Positions 28,145-41,195 of a stretch of 64,000 nucleotides of DNA are shown piece by piece. Position numbers and translations under genes: made by a program. The DNA is from Octopus vulgaris (Eukaryota): positions 1,178,001-1,242,000 of the forward strand of contig OX597837.1 in NCBI GenBank assembly GCA_951406725.2, in the 5' to 3' direction. The notes under the pieces are model-generated. The model did not search any database, was not told the DNA's origin, and was given only the letters and a program-made list of their open reading frames with translations. Each line of letters starts with the position of its first letter. The first letter of the stretch is position 1.

Positions 28145-28411
28145 ACAATTGAGGGTAAAATTAATTAATTAATCAATTTCACCAAGTGTTCAGTATGTAA
28201 AAGGACCATTTAAGGCGAATTCAAAATATTACATTATATAATTAGGGCTTAGTAAAATAAGTATATATATATATCCGTGTGTGTATGTGTATTCACAAAT
28301 GTGTTGATGTATACTACTTACTTTATATACATACGTACAGACAAGTATATATCGCTCACACGCATATACATATCTGCGTGTGTTGCTTGTGCGCATATAT
28401 ACATATATATA

Positions 28412-28463
<52 letters not shown>

Positions 28464-28756
28464 TATGTGTAGTTACATATGTATATGTGTTAGTGTATAT
28501 GTATGCATATATTATCCGCTTTGCCAAAACGAAATTAGACGCAACGTGAAATTTATACAAACGTTGCTGCTACGCTTGTTTCGTCACTCAATTAATTTGA
28601 TTAAAATATTAATCAATATGGCTGACTGACGAAACAGGGTAGCAAGGTTTGTGGATACTTTTAGTGCCGCCCTACTTCATCCCGTTCGATTGGCCGGTTT
28701 CAAGTATTCATGAACTATCTCAGTGACGTGTATATTTCTCTTGTTCATTAATGATA

Positions 28757-28791
<35 letters not shown>

Positions 28792-28827
28792 TGTATGCAA
28801 GTGTGTGGCTGTGTGTATTCAAATATT

Positions 28828-29182
28828 TTTCAGTCATTGGACTGCGGCCATGCTGGGGCACCGTGTTGAAGAATTTAGCCACACAAATGGCCCCCAGTAC
28901 AATTTTTTTAAAGATCTGCAGGTTTTCTATTCTGTTTTGAAAACTGCTATTACGTAGACGTAAACAAACGAACATAGGCACTTAAGTGGTAGTGGAGAAC
29001 CAACACACATACAGACACACAGCTGCACATACACTCAGACATATGCATACGTCAGGCTTTCACACAGTTTCCATCTACCATTTTCATTAATAAAGCATAG
29101 GTTGACTATATAAGAGGCACTTGAAGAAGGTGCCGTAGAGAGGGGTTGAACCTGAAACGACGTGGTTTCTAACTGAGCTTAA
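28828..29182 (-). mobile_element. Family A SINE, diverged
   Basis: cagtcattggactgcggccatgctggggcaccg..aaggtgccg..gaacctgaaacgacgtgg. Confidence 0.8.
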
Positions 29183-29425
29183 TAAGCTACTTCGATATAC
29201 ATGTTTGTGTGTGTGTAGGTTTCTGTCTGTCTGTATTAGGTCTTCCTTCGTGAGACGACCCTCTCAGGCATGGACCTCTGTGTCTAGCTTTACCCTCCAC
29301 CTGGGCTCCTGAGCAAAATGATAAATAGTTGCATCTGCAGCACAAGTGTAACGATTGCAGGCAAACTAATGCACAGCATCGGTTGCACCTTCTTTTTCTA
29401 TGTGTATTGTTCATTATTGCTTTAT

Positions 29426-29960
29426 AGGCGCAGGAGTTACTGTGTGGTAAGTAGCATGCTTACCAATCACATGGTTCCGGGCTCAGTTCCACTGCGTGGC
29501 ACCGTGGGCAACTGTCTTCTACTATAGCCCCGGGCCGACCAAAGCCTTGTAAGTAGATTTGGTAAACAGAAACTGAAAGAACCCCGTCGTGTATATATAT
29601 ATATAAAGAAGGGAAACGCAAGAAGGATCAACCTATAACACTTAGCGCCGGAGAAGCTGATGATACCTGAAATACTAAAGGACCAAGAGAACTCAAGCGG
29701 GTTGAAAAAGGGAAACCCGATGAACATGTTAGACACTTGCAGCCTTAAATCTGTCAGGCCGTAATTCCTGCTGTAGCGGAAAGGGGTTAAACGTCATTTC
29801 TGTCGGATTCCCTTTTTCTTTCCTTTTTCTTTTATTCGTTTCAATCATTTGACTGTGGCCATGCTGGAGCACCGCCTTTAGTCAAACAAATCGAGCTCAG
29901 GGCTTATTCTTTGCAAGCCTAATACTTATTCTATCGGTCTCCTTTGCCGAACCGATAAGT

Positions 29961-30006
<46 letters not shown>

Positions 30007-30217
30007 TGTGTGTCTGTATTTGTTCCCCCAACATCGCTTGTCAACCAATGCTGGTGTGTTTGTGTCCCGTAACATAGCGGTTCGGCAAAAGAAACCGATA
30101 GAATGAATACTAGGCTTGCAAAGAATAAGCCCTGAGCTCGATTTGTTTGACTAAAGGCGGTGCTCCAGCATGGCCACAGTCAAATGATTGAAACGAATAA
30201 AAGAAAAAGGAAAGAAA
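29426..30217 (+). mobile_element. Family A SINE split by an inverted-duplication insert in its internal (TA)n
   Basis: 5' half aggcgcaggagttactgtgtggtaag..aaccccgtcg (29426-29590); 3' half tgtttgtgtgtctg..ggcggtgctccagcatggcc (30003-30217). Confidence 0.9.
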
Positions 30218-30428
30218 AAGGGAATCCGACAGAAATGACGTTTAACCCCTTTCCGCTACAGCAGGAATTACGGCCTGACAGATTTAAGGCTGCAAGTATC
30301 TAACATGTTCATCGGTTTTCCCCCTTTTCAACCCGCTTGAGTTCTCTTGGTCCTTTAGTATTTCAGGTATCATCAGCTTTTCCGGCGCTAAGTGTTATAG
30401 GTTGATCCTTCTTGCGTTTCCCTTCTTT
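29605..30428. repeat. Long inverted repeat, arms 29605-29963 and 30069-30428
   Basis: About 360-bp arms, roughly a dozen differences by manual alignment. Confidence 0.95.
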
Positions 30429-30429
30429 C

Positions 30430-30831
30430 GGTATGCCATGTTACAACCCCTTTTATATGCCGAGTGGCTGACAGGTGCGCAATGCGCGTCACTATTACAC
30501 CTTTACCATGTTATTGCAATTCCTGGAATCTGCTTCGCAAATCAATTTCTATCTACATTCGATAGGAAGTATTGGAAGGTGTGGCCAATTTCTCCTGCTT
30601 AGACAAGTTGTTCACAAGTAATGGAATGATATAAATTGATGTGAAGAAGAGAAGTGTTTAAAAATCCGTCTGAGATCTGTTCAACAGTTTTGCTGTGAAG
30701 GTCTTGTTGCGTTCTGCAGTAGTTTTGCCAGCGGTTTACTGTGGCATTGACATAGGGAAGATGCAACCAGAGAGGACGACAAGTCCTGGAAAACATCTCA
30801 AATGATGTAACGAGGTACAGTTTTAGCCGTG

Positions 30832-30832
<1 letters not shown>
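30430..30832 (-). mobile_element. Possible decayed Penelope-like RT/GIY-YIG linker fragment
   Basis: Minus strand CRPLWLHLPYV..NLYHSITCEQLV*AGEIGHTF loosely resembles PLE C.VYL.LPY..N.IY...C....YVGET; ends at (TA)n; weak. Confidence 0.3.
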
Positions 30833-30896
<64 letters not shown>

Positions 30897-30934
30897 ATCA
30901 TTATGATATATATTATATACAGTTATTGTACAGT

Positions 30935-30968
<34 letters not shown>

Positions 30969-30977
30969 TGAAAATTG

Positions 30978-31016
<39 letters not shown>

Positions 31017-31017
<1 letters not shown>

Positions 31018-31415
31018 CAATTAAGGACAACTTCTTAATAAGGAAAACTTAACAAGAAATTATCGGGTAGATAGCGTGAAAAACCTCATAAGAGAAAAAA
31101 TTTCGAAAATAATTCTTTCTCATTGAACATATTAAATTTATATATAGAGGGCATTATTATACATACATGCCACACGCTAAGAGGGACAAAATTAGTCATT
31201 TCTACCAAAAAATTTACTAATCCCACCGAATGCAATTTTTCAAAGTAAGACATTTAAAATAGACTTGCTGATGAATACAGAGGTATGAAATCACAGGTGA
31301 TACAAGTCCATATTTTAAATGTCTTACTTTGAAAAATTGCATTCGGTGGGATTAGTAAAATTTTTGGTAGAAATGACTAATTTTGTCCCTCTTAGCGTGA
31401 TGTATGTATATAAGC

Positions 31416-31420
<5 letters not shown>
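31017..31420. mobile_element. (TA)n-embedded fold-back element (leader + 88-bp inverted arms + ribozyme loop)
   Basis: Arms 31173-31260 and 31312-31399 differ at one position; (TA)n on both sides. Confidence 0.85.
31262..31308 (+). ncRNA. Type I minimal hammerhead ribozyme
   Basis: gacttg-CTGATGA-atac(agag)gtat-GAAA-tcac(ag)gtga-TA-caagtc: all core nucleotides and three stems intact; predicted cleavage after A31302. Confidence 0.8.
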
Positions 31421-31473
<53 letters not shown>

Positions 31474-31823
31474 TCATTTTATTTCTGTAAATAAAAGAAA
31501 AACGGAACAAGGATGTAATAGACGACAATAAAAACATGCGGACAGATGGACGATACAAAGACGGACAGGAAAACCAGGACGTAACATTCTTGGCTTTCTA
31601 TTCATCAGTCAAGCTTGAAACAATTATGCGCTCACACGCAGACACACGGACATGTATTTCCTCAGCTTAATATCATTCAAAGGTTTTAAATAAATCCAAA
31701 TAAAATATCTGCAAAATAGTTCGACGTGGGAACGAACTCGATTCCACATCCATCCCCTGGGCAAAGGGAAATTTACTTAACTACAAATCGTATATGTCTG
31801 TGTGTATGTACATAATACATTTA

Positions 31824-32112
<289 letters not shown>

Positions 32113-32300
32113 AGACACTTCATTTCACATCGTTGCAGCCCACTCAGCTGTAAATGTCTAACCCTGCGACGGACGAGCCTTCCGATCAGAGGGAATGGTA
32201 GCCTGCTCACCGAGCTAGCAGGATCGCATCACTCAAAACGCTAAAACGATACAAAACTCAGTGTGACCAGCGATGTATAACAATATCCGCTAGCCATGGT
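32113..32300 (+). mobile_element. Headless SINE fragment with a Deu/Nin-like motif
   Basis: gacacttcatttcacatcgttgcagcccactcagctgtaaatg matches the central part of the SINE at 54225-54490. Confidence 0.6.
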
Positions 32301-33019
32301 GATTACGTGGTACACACACACACACACACACACAAAATACACACGCGTATATACTTATATATATATATACTTATATATATGTGTGTGTGTGTGTATCAAA
32401 TCCGTTAAACTGTTGGATGCGTTCTTTATATGTCTTCATGTGATTGATGGCGATTTTAGTTAAAGAGGATGTGTGTGCGTGTGTATATATATGTGTGTGT
32501 GTGTGTATGAGTCTGCCTGTTAGCGTGAATGTTCATGTCTATGATTGTTTTTAATTATGTGTTTGAAGAGGGTTTTATGAATCTAATTATATTTTTCTGT
32601 ATGGATTTCAATGAGGGGAGGGGCAATCTGGGGGCATTTGTCTGTGTGTCTTTCTGCAGTTGTTTGATGATGTTTTGATGTTGGTTTACATATATATATA
32701 TATATATATATAACCGGCTCCCATGCCTTATGTCCTCTTTAAGTATGTATGTATGTATGTATATATAATGTGTTCGTATATGCATGTAGTGTATATATGC
32801 ATATCTATCTGACAGTCTGTACCTATATTGATGTATGTGTGTATGATGTGCCTATATTAAAGTATATGTGTAACTGTAAAAGTATAAGGATATACATACA
32901 CATTTTAACAGACACACACTCGTTTATATATATATATACACACACACACAAATAAACTGTTGCGTTGTCCCTCTACTTAGCTGACTAGCACATATGCAAA
33001 TAAGCATTTTATCTCTCTA

Positions 33020-33058
<39 letters not shown>

Positions 33059-33147
33059 GCAATATTCTCACGAGCCAAATCCAAATTCATATCTCTCTTT
33101 CCATCTATATCGTTATGTTCGTACGTATGTATTTTTCAATACATATT

Positions 33148-33211
<64 letters not shown>

Positions 33212-33524
33212 CACACACATGCGTGCATAGATTTATGCCTGTACATATCCTGTATGCGTGATTCAGATGTCCGATTCATTGCCCAATATAACTTTCCTCC
33301 ACCTTTCCTCCCTCATGTCGAAAGATGACTACAATTATAATACAAAGGTCACCTGACCTTTCGTCAGCGGATACGCAAAGTGTAATCCACTCCCTTTCTT
33401 TACCAAAATCCTCGTTGAACATTCCATTGGCTAACAGACTTTTCCGGTCTTTTGTTCAACCAAACATGCATAAATGAAACACTACGAGTCTATTCTAATT
33501 TTACCAACCGCAAACATATCGGGA

Positions 33525-33559
<35 letters not shown>

Positions 33560-33560
<1 letters not shown>

Positions 33561-33720
33561 CTTCTACATGTCATTCGACCGCGCCATGCTGGGGCACCAC
33601 CTTGAGGAATTTTTAGTTGATGGAATCGACCACAAAAGTTGATATTTTTAAAAAATAAAGACTAGAGCTTATTCTATCGCTGTTTCCCTTTACCAAACCG
33701 CTAGGTTACGGGGATGTAGA
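33560..33720 (-). mobile_element. Family A SINE, 3' part
   Basis: gccatgctggggcaccacc..ttattctatcg..ccgctaggttacggggatgta. Confidence 0.75.
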
Positions 33721-33859
33721 CATACATGTACTTTATTTGTGAGTTAAGAAGGCTACCATCGGTTTCATGTACAGAGAAATCTCTCAAAGATTATCTAGCC
33801 TACCACATGGAACTGTTGGTAGTCATCTCCATTTTGGATGAGAATGGAGCGTCCATGTT

Positions 33860-33957
33860 AACCCTGAAATAAATAACATTTATTCACTAATGGCGGTGTC
33901 CAAGCATGGCCACAGCTCGTGAGCTAAAACTAGATAAAATAAAATAAAATAAAATAT
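33860..33957 (+). mobile_element. LINE/SINE 3' tail variant
   Basis: ggcggtgtccaagcatggccacagctc..aaaactagataaaataaaa. Confidence 0.55.
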
Positions 33958-33988
33958 AATGCACTTTCAGTCTTCGATATAAGCGAGG

Positions 33989-34089
<101 letters not shown>

Positions 34090-34456
34090 CAAAACCATCG
34101 CAACTACTAGGTTTTTGGTCGAAACCTATTGCGTGGCATCTCGGTAGATGTTTCCTATTGTCCCAGATCGACCTCTACTTTTGAGGAGAAAACGGACAGA
34201 AGGATATTGTACAGAACCCTATCGTATGCATTGTACATGTAATTCAATAGCCGACCGTTTTGTCACATGTTGATTAAACTTAGTCTTAAGTAAATGGTAT
34301 CACATATCCGTGAAGTAGTCCTAAGTTAATTCAGAGCAATAATCCAACCAAGCGAACAACTATCACCTCCAATTTGGAACGACAAAAACCGTCCATTTTT
34401 CAGTCTATAAATACAGGTGTGTATTTATAATACTCTTCCAGTACAGTATTCTCCGA

Positions 34457-34526
34457 ATTATTATTATTGTTATTGTTATTGTTGTTGTTGCTGTTATTAT
34501 TATTATTATTATTATTATTGTTGTTG

Positions 34527-34572
<46 letters not shown>

Positions 34573-34598
34573 CATCATTATTATTATTGTTATTGTTA

Positions 34599-34663
<65 letters not shown>

Positions 34664-34694
34664 GTTGTTGTTGTTGTTATTATTGTTATTGTTA

Positions 34695-34736
<42 letters not shown>
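34457..34736. repeat. (TTA/TTG)n microsatellite, about 280 bp
   Basis: Seen directly. Confidence 0.95.
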
Positions 34737-34737
<1 letters not shown>

Positions 34738-34920
34738 AACAAACTATGATCTCCAAATTCACTACTACACGTAGTGTCTTGGCAGAAAGAAGAAAGTTAT
34801 GCAACACAATATCGTAATAAATCGAAAAGCACTTGAAGAATTTTGGAAAAATTCTCAGAAAACTTCAAGATTGAATGTTCTTTGAAAGGATTGTGACATC
34901 ATCTTCATCAACCTATCTCA

Positions 34921-35440
34921 TTTTATCTTTTACTGGTTTCAACCTGACACTGAAGCCATGCTGGAGCACTACCTTTCAATGTGTTTGCATTTCTTTCCTG
35001 TACTGGCTTTGGTGAAGTAGCGAGTTGGGCGGAGCTACTCTTCTTTGGGCCTCCTACCGCTATGTGGGTTCATTCGATATAACAGACAAGACTTTGTCCA
35101 AACGCTCTCTGAAGACCACTACATCTACACCCCACAAATCGCTGATGTTGTTTGTCGGAATGTTGAATGGTAGTGGACCCTGGAAACCTAACTGTCACAG
35201 TACTGGCCCTTATTCGAGATGAAAAAGACCGGGTCTTTGTTATTATTCATTGCTGCTCAGTTCGGTGATTGGTATAGCTTTCAATTCCAAAGTTGGGAAC
35301 AAGACCTGCTGGGATCTTCCATTTGTATATCACCGTATATCTTCCACGCTTTCTACTCTTGGGAGTAGAGTTTCAGATTCAATCGTTCTTATTTCTTCCC
35401 AGTCTGTTGTACACAGTGCCACCAATTTCATGTTGTTCTT
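34921..35440 (-). mobile_element. Decayed CR1-type LINE 3' end with 3' UTR
   Basis: Minus strand LKLYSQE / RYTVIYKWKIPAGLVPNFGIESY / LGFQGPLPFNI..VVVFRERLDKVLSVISNEP..NSLLHQ, typical CR1 ORF2 C-terminus; stops and frameshifts. Confidence 0.85.
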
Positions 35441-35841
35441 TCCAAAAGCGAAATTAACCCGATTAAAAAGAAAGAAATATTTCGAATGAAAACAATTTTT
35501 GAGTGTGTGTATGTGTGTTTGAGTATGTGAGTGCTGTGTGTACCAGAATATGTGTGTGTATTTCATATATTCTTGTAAATATGTGTGTACTTCATAAATT
35601 CTTATGTGTGTAAACGTAGATCCATAACTACACACATACATATACAAACATCCACAAATACGTATTACACACACACACACACACACACGCACACATCCGC
35701 ACTTATTTGTGTATGCATGGTGTAATTTAATACCATGTGCATATGTAGGGCACCGCTCAAGAAAAGATGCCACAAAAATTAGCGAAATCTTCGTACATAC
35801 TTCCGTGCCATTTGCGCTTGGGAGTGAGGGCTCTGCTGGTG

Positions 35842-35883
<42 letters not shown>

Positions 35884-36823
35884 ACACATATTTATATTTA
35901 TGTTCAGCCTTTCTTTAGCAGACATAACACATAATTAACAGCTTCCTAAAAATGCCATCACCTTCCTATAAGGTGAGATATTATGATTATTGCGAAAACG
36001 ATGCAATCATTGCCCAGGTGTACAACTAAATATTCTACCGCATGTTGTTTATATGTCTGTCTGTCCCTGTACGCACACACACACACACACACACGTATTT
36101 GTTTATATATGTATGCGTGTGTGTGTTCAATGTTATACATTCGTTTCTGAGTTAGCACGAAGTTACCTGTTTTCATGAGAAGTGACGGGAATTAGCCCCA
36201 TGTGAATATCGGCCTCACCTCAAAATCTGGGGTTTGACAACAACAAGGAAGACAAACAAAAAAACCTAGTTTTACTGGTACAGTAATAATAATAGGGCCC
36301 AGTGCCACCGTTTTGCCCGCTCTCCACAAAATGGCCGACAACACCCATGCATGCACTTTTATTGAAGATAACATGCACAACGGATGTATATGAAATTAAG
36401 TGTTGGAATTTAGCCCATCTGATATTTAAGTTAGAACTATTATACACCAATTATCGGTTCAGATTGGTTCCTAGAATAATTTTAAGTGCACATGATTATC
36501 TTACCAAAAGTTTACCATAAAGCAAGTGACCTAAAGAGGTTTGCCGGTCTCAGACAAAGAAACAAGAGCGAAAAACAAGAACGAAAAACAAAGCAAAGAG
36601 GAGCAAAAACAAGAAAAAGAAGTGAAAAAGAGGAGCGTGATTCTTCTTATGTGTTCTGTAAAACCAATCAGTTGTGTGTTTGTGAAACGCAAACAATCGA
36701 GAATGTTCTAAAGACCATCGTGTGTGATTGTATACACAGCTGAGTGTGCTCTGCTTCTTTCGGTTTAAAGAAAATCTTCAAATATTCTGGGAGAACTTTG
36801 AAGAATTAAATCTCACTCCGTCA

Positions 36824-37240
<417 letters not shown>

Positions 37241-37974
37241 CGAGTACCTAGGTACATATGTGTGTATTTAGCGGTGGGGTATGAGATGGTACTCATGAAC
37301 TTGGAGCGCCTTTCACGACTGTTAAGGTTGCCTAAGTAATTGATGTTCAGCTTGTATATTTCTAGGTTGACATTATTCATATAGTCTGCAGGGAGAATAA
37401 TACACGCGGGAGAGAAAATCTGGGGATGAAACATTGCAAAAATTTTAATTCGAGACATTTGCAGGCCAGTGGTTGTACTCCATTTATCCGTTTGCCTGTC
37501 TGTGTGTCTCTCTCTCCCCCCTAATATATAGTGAGAGAAAGAACACTGTGTGATTAATAGATATACGTCTATAATCATACCCATAATTGTAATTATTGCA
37601 TATAAAAGACGAACTCCCTTAACGCCTGATTGATACATTTTTTCGTAAGACACTATTAATAATGTCGCCGGACAACATAATTGCGCAGTTCACTCATCAG
37701 CTTCTCACATAAAAGCATATTGTGTGTTTCTGCGTTTATATATTCTTGCGTATACGTTTATGGAAGTTTTCATTAGTTCTGTGTATTTGAGGTTTTGCTT
37801 CTCGCTGGTCTAAATTGTCTTGTTACTTATAAGATTTAAATCCTTTGTAGGCGTACCTCGGTAGCCGTTAACCAAGACTACGCGAACTGTATTTGACCCT
37901 TGCAAAAAAGAAAAACAAAATCAGCAACAATCCGGCATGACGCTATTCTCCGGCATCGAAGAGATCTATAGTTG

Positions 37975-38175
37975 AGGTTCGCCATGATAGATCGCTAGCC
38001 ACTATACCTTTTTTTCTATTTTCTCTCCCTGTTTATTTCTGTTCGTTTCTGTTGATGAGCGTAGGTTCGAAACGTAAAAGACTTTCTCACTTCCCGAGCG
38101 TTAAACTAATACACCCGTCTGTTGTTCACAGACCCGTCTTCGTCTTTTGTTTTTTTGTAAATACTCTCGTTATAG
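37975..38175 (+). mobile_element. Putative Penelope-like pLTR fragment with a degenerate hammerhead (38044-38081)
   Basis: ttt-CTGTTGA-t-gagc(gtag)gttc-GAAA-cg-TA-aaag; related copies at 46745-46850 (minus) and 62135-62290. Confidence 0.6.
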
Positions 38176-38402
38176 TAATATAAGATATATAGTGTCATTA
38201 ACAGAGCCCCACCAGTCATCGGCTTAAGTATTTTGGTATTTAAACTAAGCTAGCATTGGTATCCGAACTTGTCTTGAATTATTTATGCTTAAAATAACAA
38301 TAATTTCAGAAATTCAACATATTTTAGGATATTGCCAAACTTGAGTGGTGATATTCAAAATGGTCGGTCACAAAAGGAAGACTAAAATAATGTTTAGTGA
38401 TA

Positions 38403-38489
<87 letters not shown>

Positions 38490-38504
38490 GTATATACACA
38501 CACA

Positions 38505-38684
38505 CTGTGATCCCTTATATCGATTCTTCCGTGGTGTTGCTTTGCATTTATAATAAGATAAATATATACAAATCATAAAAATTATTAAAAATATATATAG
38601 TACAGCACCATTTCTACTTGTCGGATTTTCACCTATCGCGGTGGGGTTTGGAAAGTAACATCCGCGATAGTCGAGGGATTAGTG
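38505..38684 (-). mobile_element. pogo/Tigger-like MITE remnant
   Basis: Reverse complement ta-cactaatccctcgactatcgcggatgttac..ccgcgataggtgaaaatccg resembles Tigger-type termini; TA flank; other end degenerate. Confidence 0.55.
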
Positions 38685-38734
<50 letters not shown>

Positions 38735-38877
38735 TGGGTTGCCTTTCCGCCTACCAAATTTCAGTTCTTCAATGTCGTATATTAGAAGTCACATGCGCAA
38801 GCTGCAGTGTCGTGAGATAAAGAACAGAACACGAATGTAGGCAGCGAACATCGTAACCATGCATAACCATGCATACT

Positions 38878-38909
<32 letters not shown>

Positions 38910-39257
38910 CACACACACGATATTACAGTCTGATCTCTGATTTAGATAAGGTCTCGTTTATTTCATCTTGCAACATTATATACTTTGCCAAACTCGGAAC
39001 ATTTCTTAGAAATTAACTTTAAAAAAATATATGCTGATGGGACATAAAAACAGATACGGCCCAGCAGATAAGGCAAGAAACGCCTCTTATAATACAATAT
39101 AGACTGGTAGCATGTAATTTTCGTTTCAAGCTTAATATTGAAGAATAATTAAGATGAAGATTACACCTGGTAAGCAAAACGAGCAGTGATACAAACCGAC
39201 TATTAAAATTTAAAGAAGGAATGAATAATACCATTATAAATCTCTCTCTCTCTCTCT

Positions 39258-39328
<71 letters not shown>

Positions 39329-39408
39329 CATATGTATATATGTATATATATATATATTTATATATGTATATATATATATATATGTTTATATATATATATT
39401 TATATATG

Positions 39409-39478
<70 letters not shown>

Positions 39479-39917
39479 TATCACACGCATTACATAAATT
39501 CACACACACACGTATAATTTATTTATTCAGTCTTCAGCCTCTATCAGATTTCGTATCACTTTCGCAGCGCACATTTTAGACGAAGCAACAATTTGTATTT
39601 CTTATGTTATTAGTATCTGTTTTATTTCTTTGGTTTTGTTCATATTTTAATACTATTTTGTATTTTTATTTCCACATACATACATACCTACATCTATGTA
39701 TGAATACACACATATATAGCTGACGCTCAACACATGAATTCTCACATGCAAAGATACACATGTGCCCGCTTACACACACACACCCTCACAAACAATCTCG
39801 CGAATGCAAATACGCGGGCGCACGCACGCACACAAGCAAGCATATAAAAGCACTCACACAGTGACAGAGTTTTCGGTAAACATCTGCTAACATTATTACC
39901 AATATGAGACGCTGCAT

Positions 39918-39961
<44 letters not shown>

Positions 39962-40595
39962 GTGTGTGTGTGTTGGGCGTGTAGGCCGCTGGCAATAAGA
40001 GCGTATGTGAAACATTAAAGGTACTTTCCATTCGACATATACAGTTAAAAATCATAAGCAAACGTTCGCTGTATTCATATAGATTCATTACAGTCTCCTA
40101 CGGACAACATTATACACACAAACATACAGATTTGTTTTCACAAACAAGTAAATATACCTTTAAATATATATATACATTCACACACACCCATATGCACGGG
40201 CAAACAGCGTTTGCTTCTCTATCTATACGTCCGTCTGTCTCTATCTCTCTATATATGTTTATAATACATGTGCATATATATATATATATAAAATGTGTAT
40301 TTCTGGTTTTGGATGTATATTCTTCATTACCCCGAGAAACCCGCTCTGCAAACTCACTATCAAATCTCGATAAGAAGTTCTCTTAAGACTACATAATTTT
40401 TTATAGAGCTCGGGGAAATACAAAACTTTTACCAAAAGCAAAATGCTTTAGCGAGACACCACGAGTTTTACTCAAATAAAACATGACCCCTTAAGAAAAA
40501 ACTGCTTACAGGGTTTTCGCATGTGGTTCTCGAGGTTTCTTTTAATCAATGGACCCATGAACAACCGTAATATTATTATTATCAGAATAATATCT

Positions 40596-40813
40596 AGGGC
40601 GGTGAGCTGGTAGAATCGTTAACACGCCGGTCAAAATTCTTAGCGGCATTTCGTCCGTCTTTACATCCTGTGTTCAAATTCCGCCAAAATTGGATTTGCC
40701 TTTCATCCTTTCAACCTTCGACGACATAGGTACCAATTAAGCACCGGAGTCGGTGCTATCGACTGGCCCTCGCCCCGAAAATTTCAGCCCTTGTGCCTAC
40801 AGTAGAAAAAAGA
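40596..40813 (+). mobile_element. Family B SINE
   Basis: ggcggtgagctggtagaatcgttaacacgccgg..gttcaaattccgcc..ccttgtgcctacagtagaaa. Confidence 0.85.
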
Positions 40814-41026
40814 TTAAGAATATGATGACATATTCCTTGAGTCTAAGAGAAGGCTGTCTGCGACGGATGAAAACGTTTTAAGAACCGTAAGTAGCTGGAC
40901 GATGTAGCGTCAACCGAATGTGTATAATTGAAATACTCACAGTATTAATTGTGTAATTTCTACCTCGGTTGTTCTAAACATTTACACACATATGTATTCA
41001 TGTATCTATAATCCAGCATCATGAAA

Positions 41027-41195
41027 ACCGGTGTTGGTTTCTTTACATCCCCGTGATCTACCGTTTCGGCGAAAAGAGTGCGAAGCAATAAGTAAAAGAT
41101 TTAGAAATGTGTACAAAGGTTAAGTTGTTCGACCTAATTGCTCAACTCGGTATCCCATCAAGGGACGCAGTCCAGTGGCTGAAAGGAATAAAAGC
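41027..41195 (+). mobile_element. Family A SINE, degenerate 3' half
   Basis: accggtgttggtttctttacatccccgtga..ttcggcgaaaagag. Confidence 0.55.

Noticed and set aside
29657-29680. ctgatga-tacct-gaaa hammerhead-like core (and its inverted copy near 30360)
   Set aside because: Stems I, II and III cannot form
30242-30260. TTAA-CCCT piggyBac-like terminus with an inverted partner at 29783-29790
   Set aside because: The partner is just part of the local inverted duplication and faces outward
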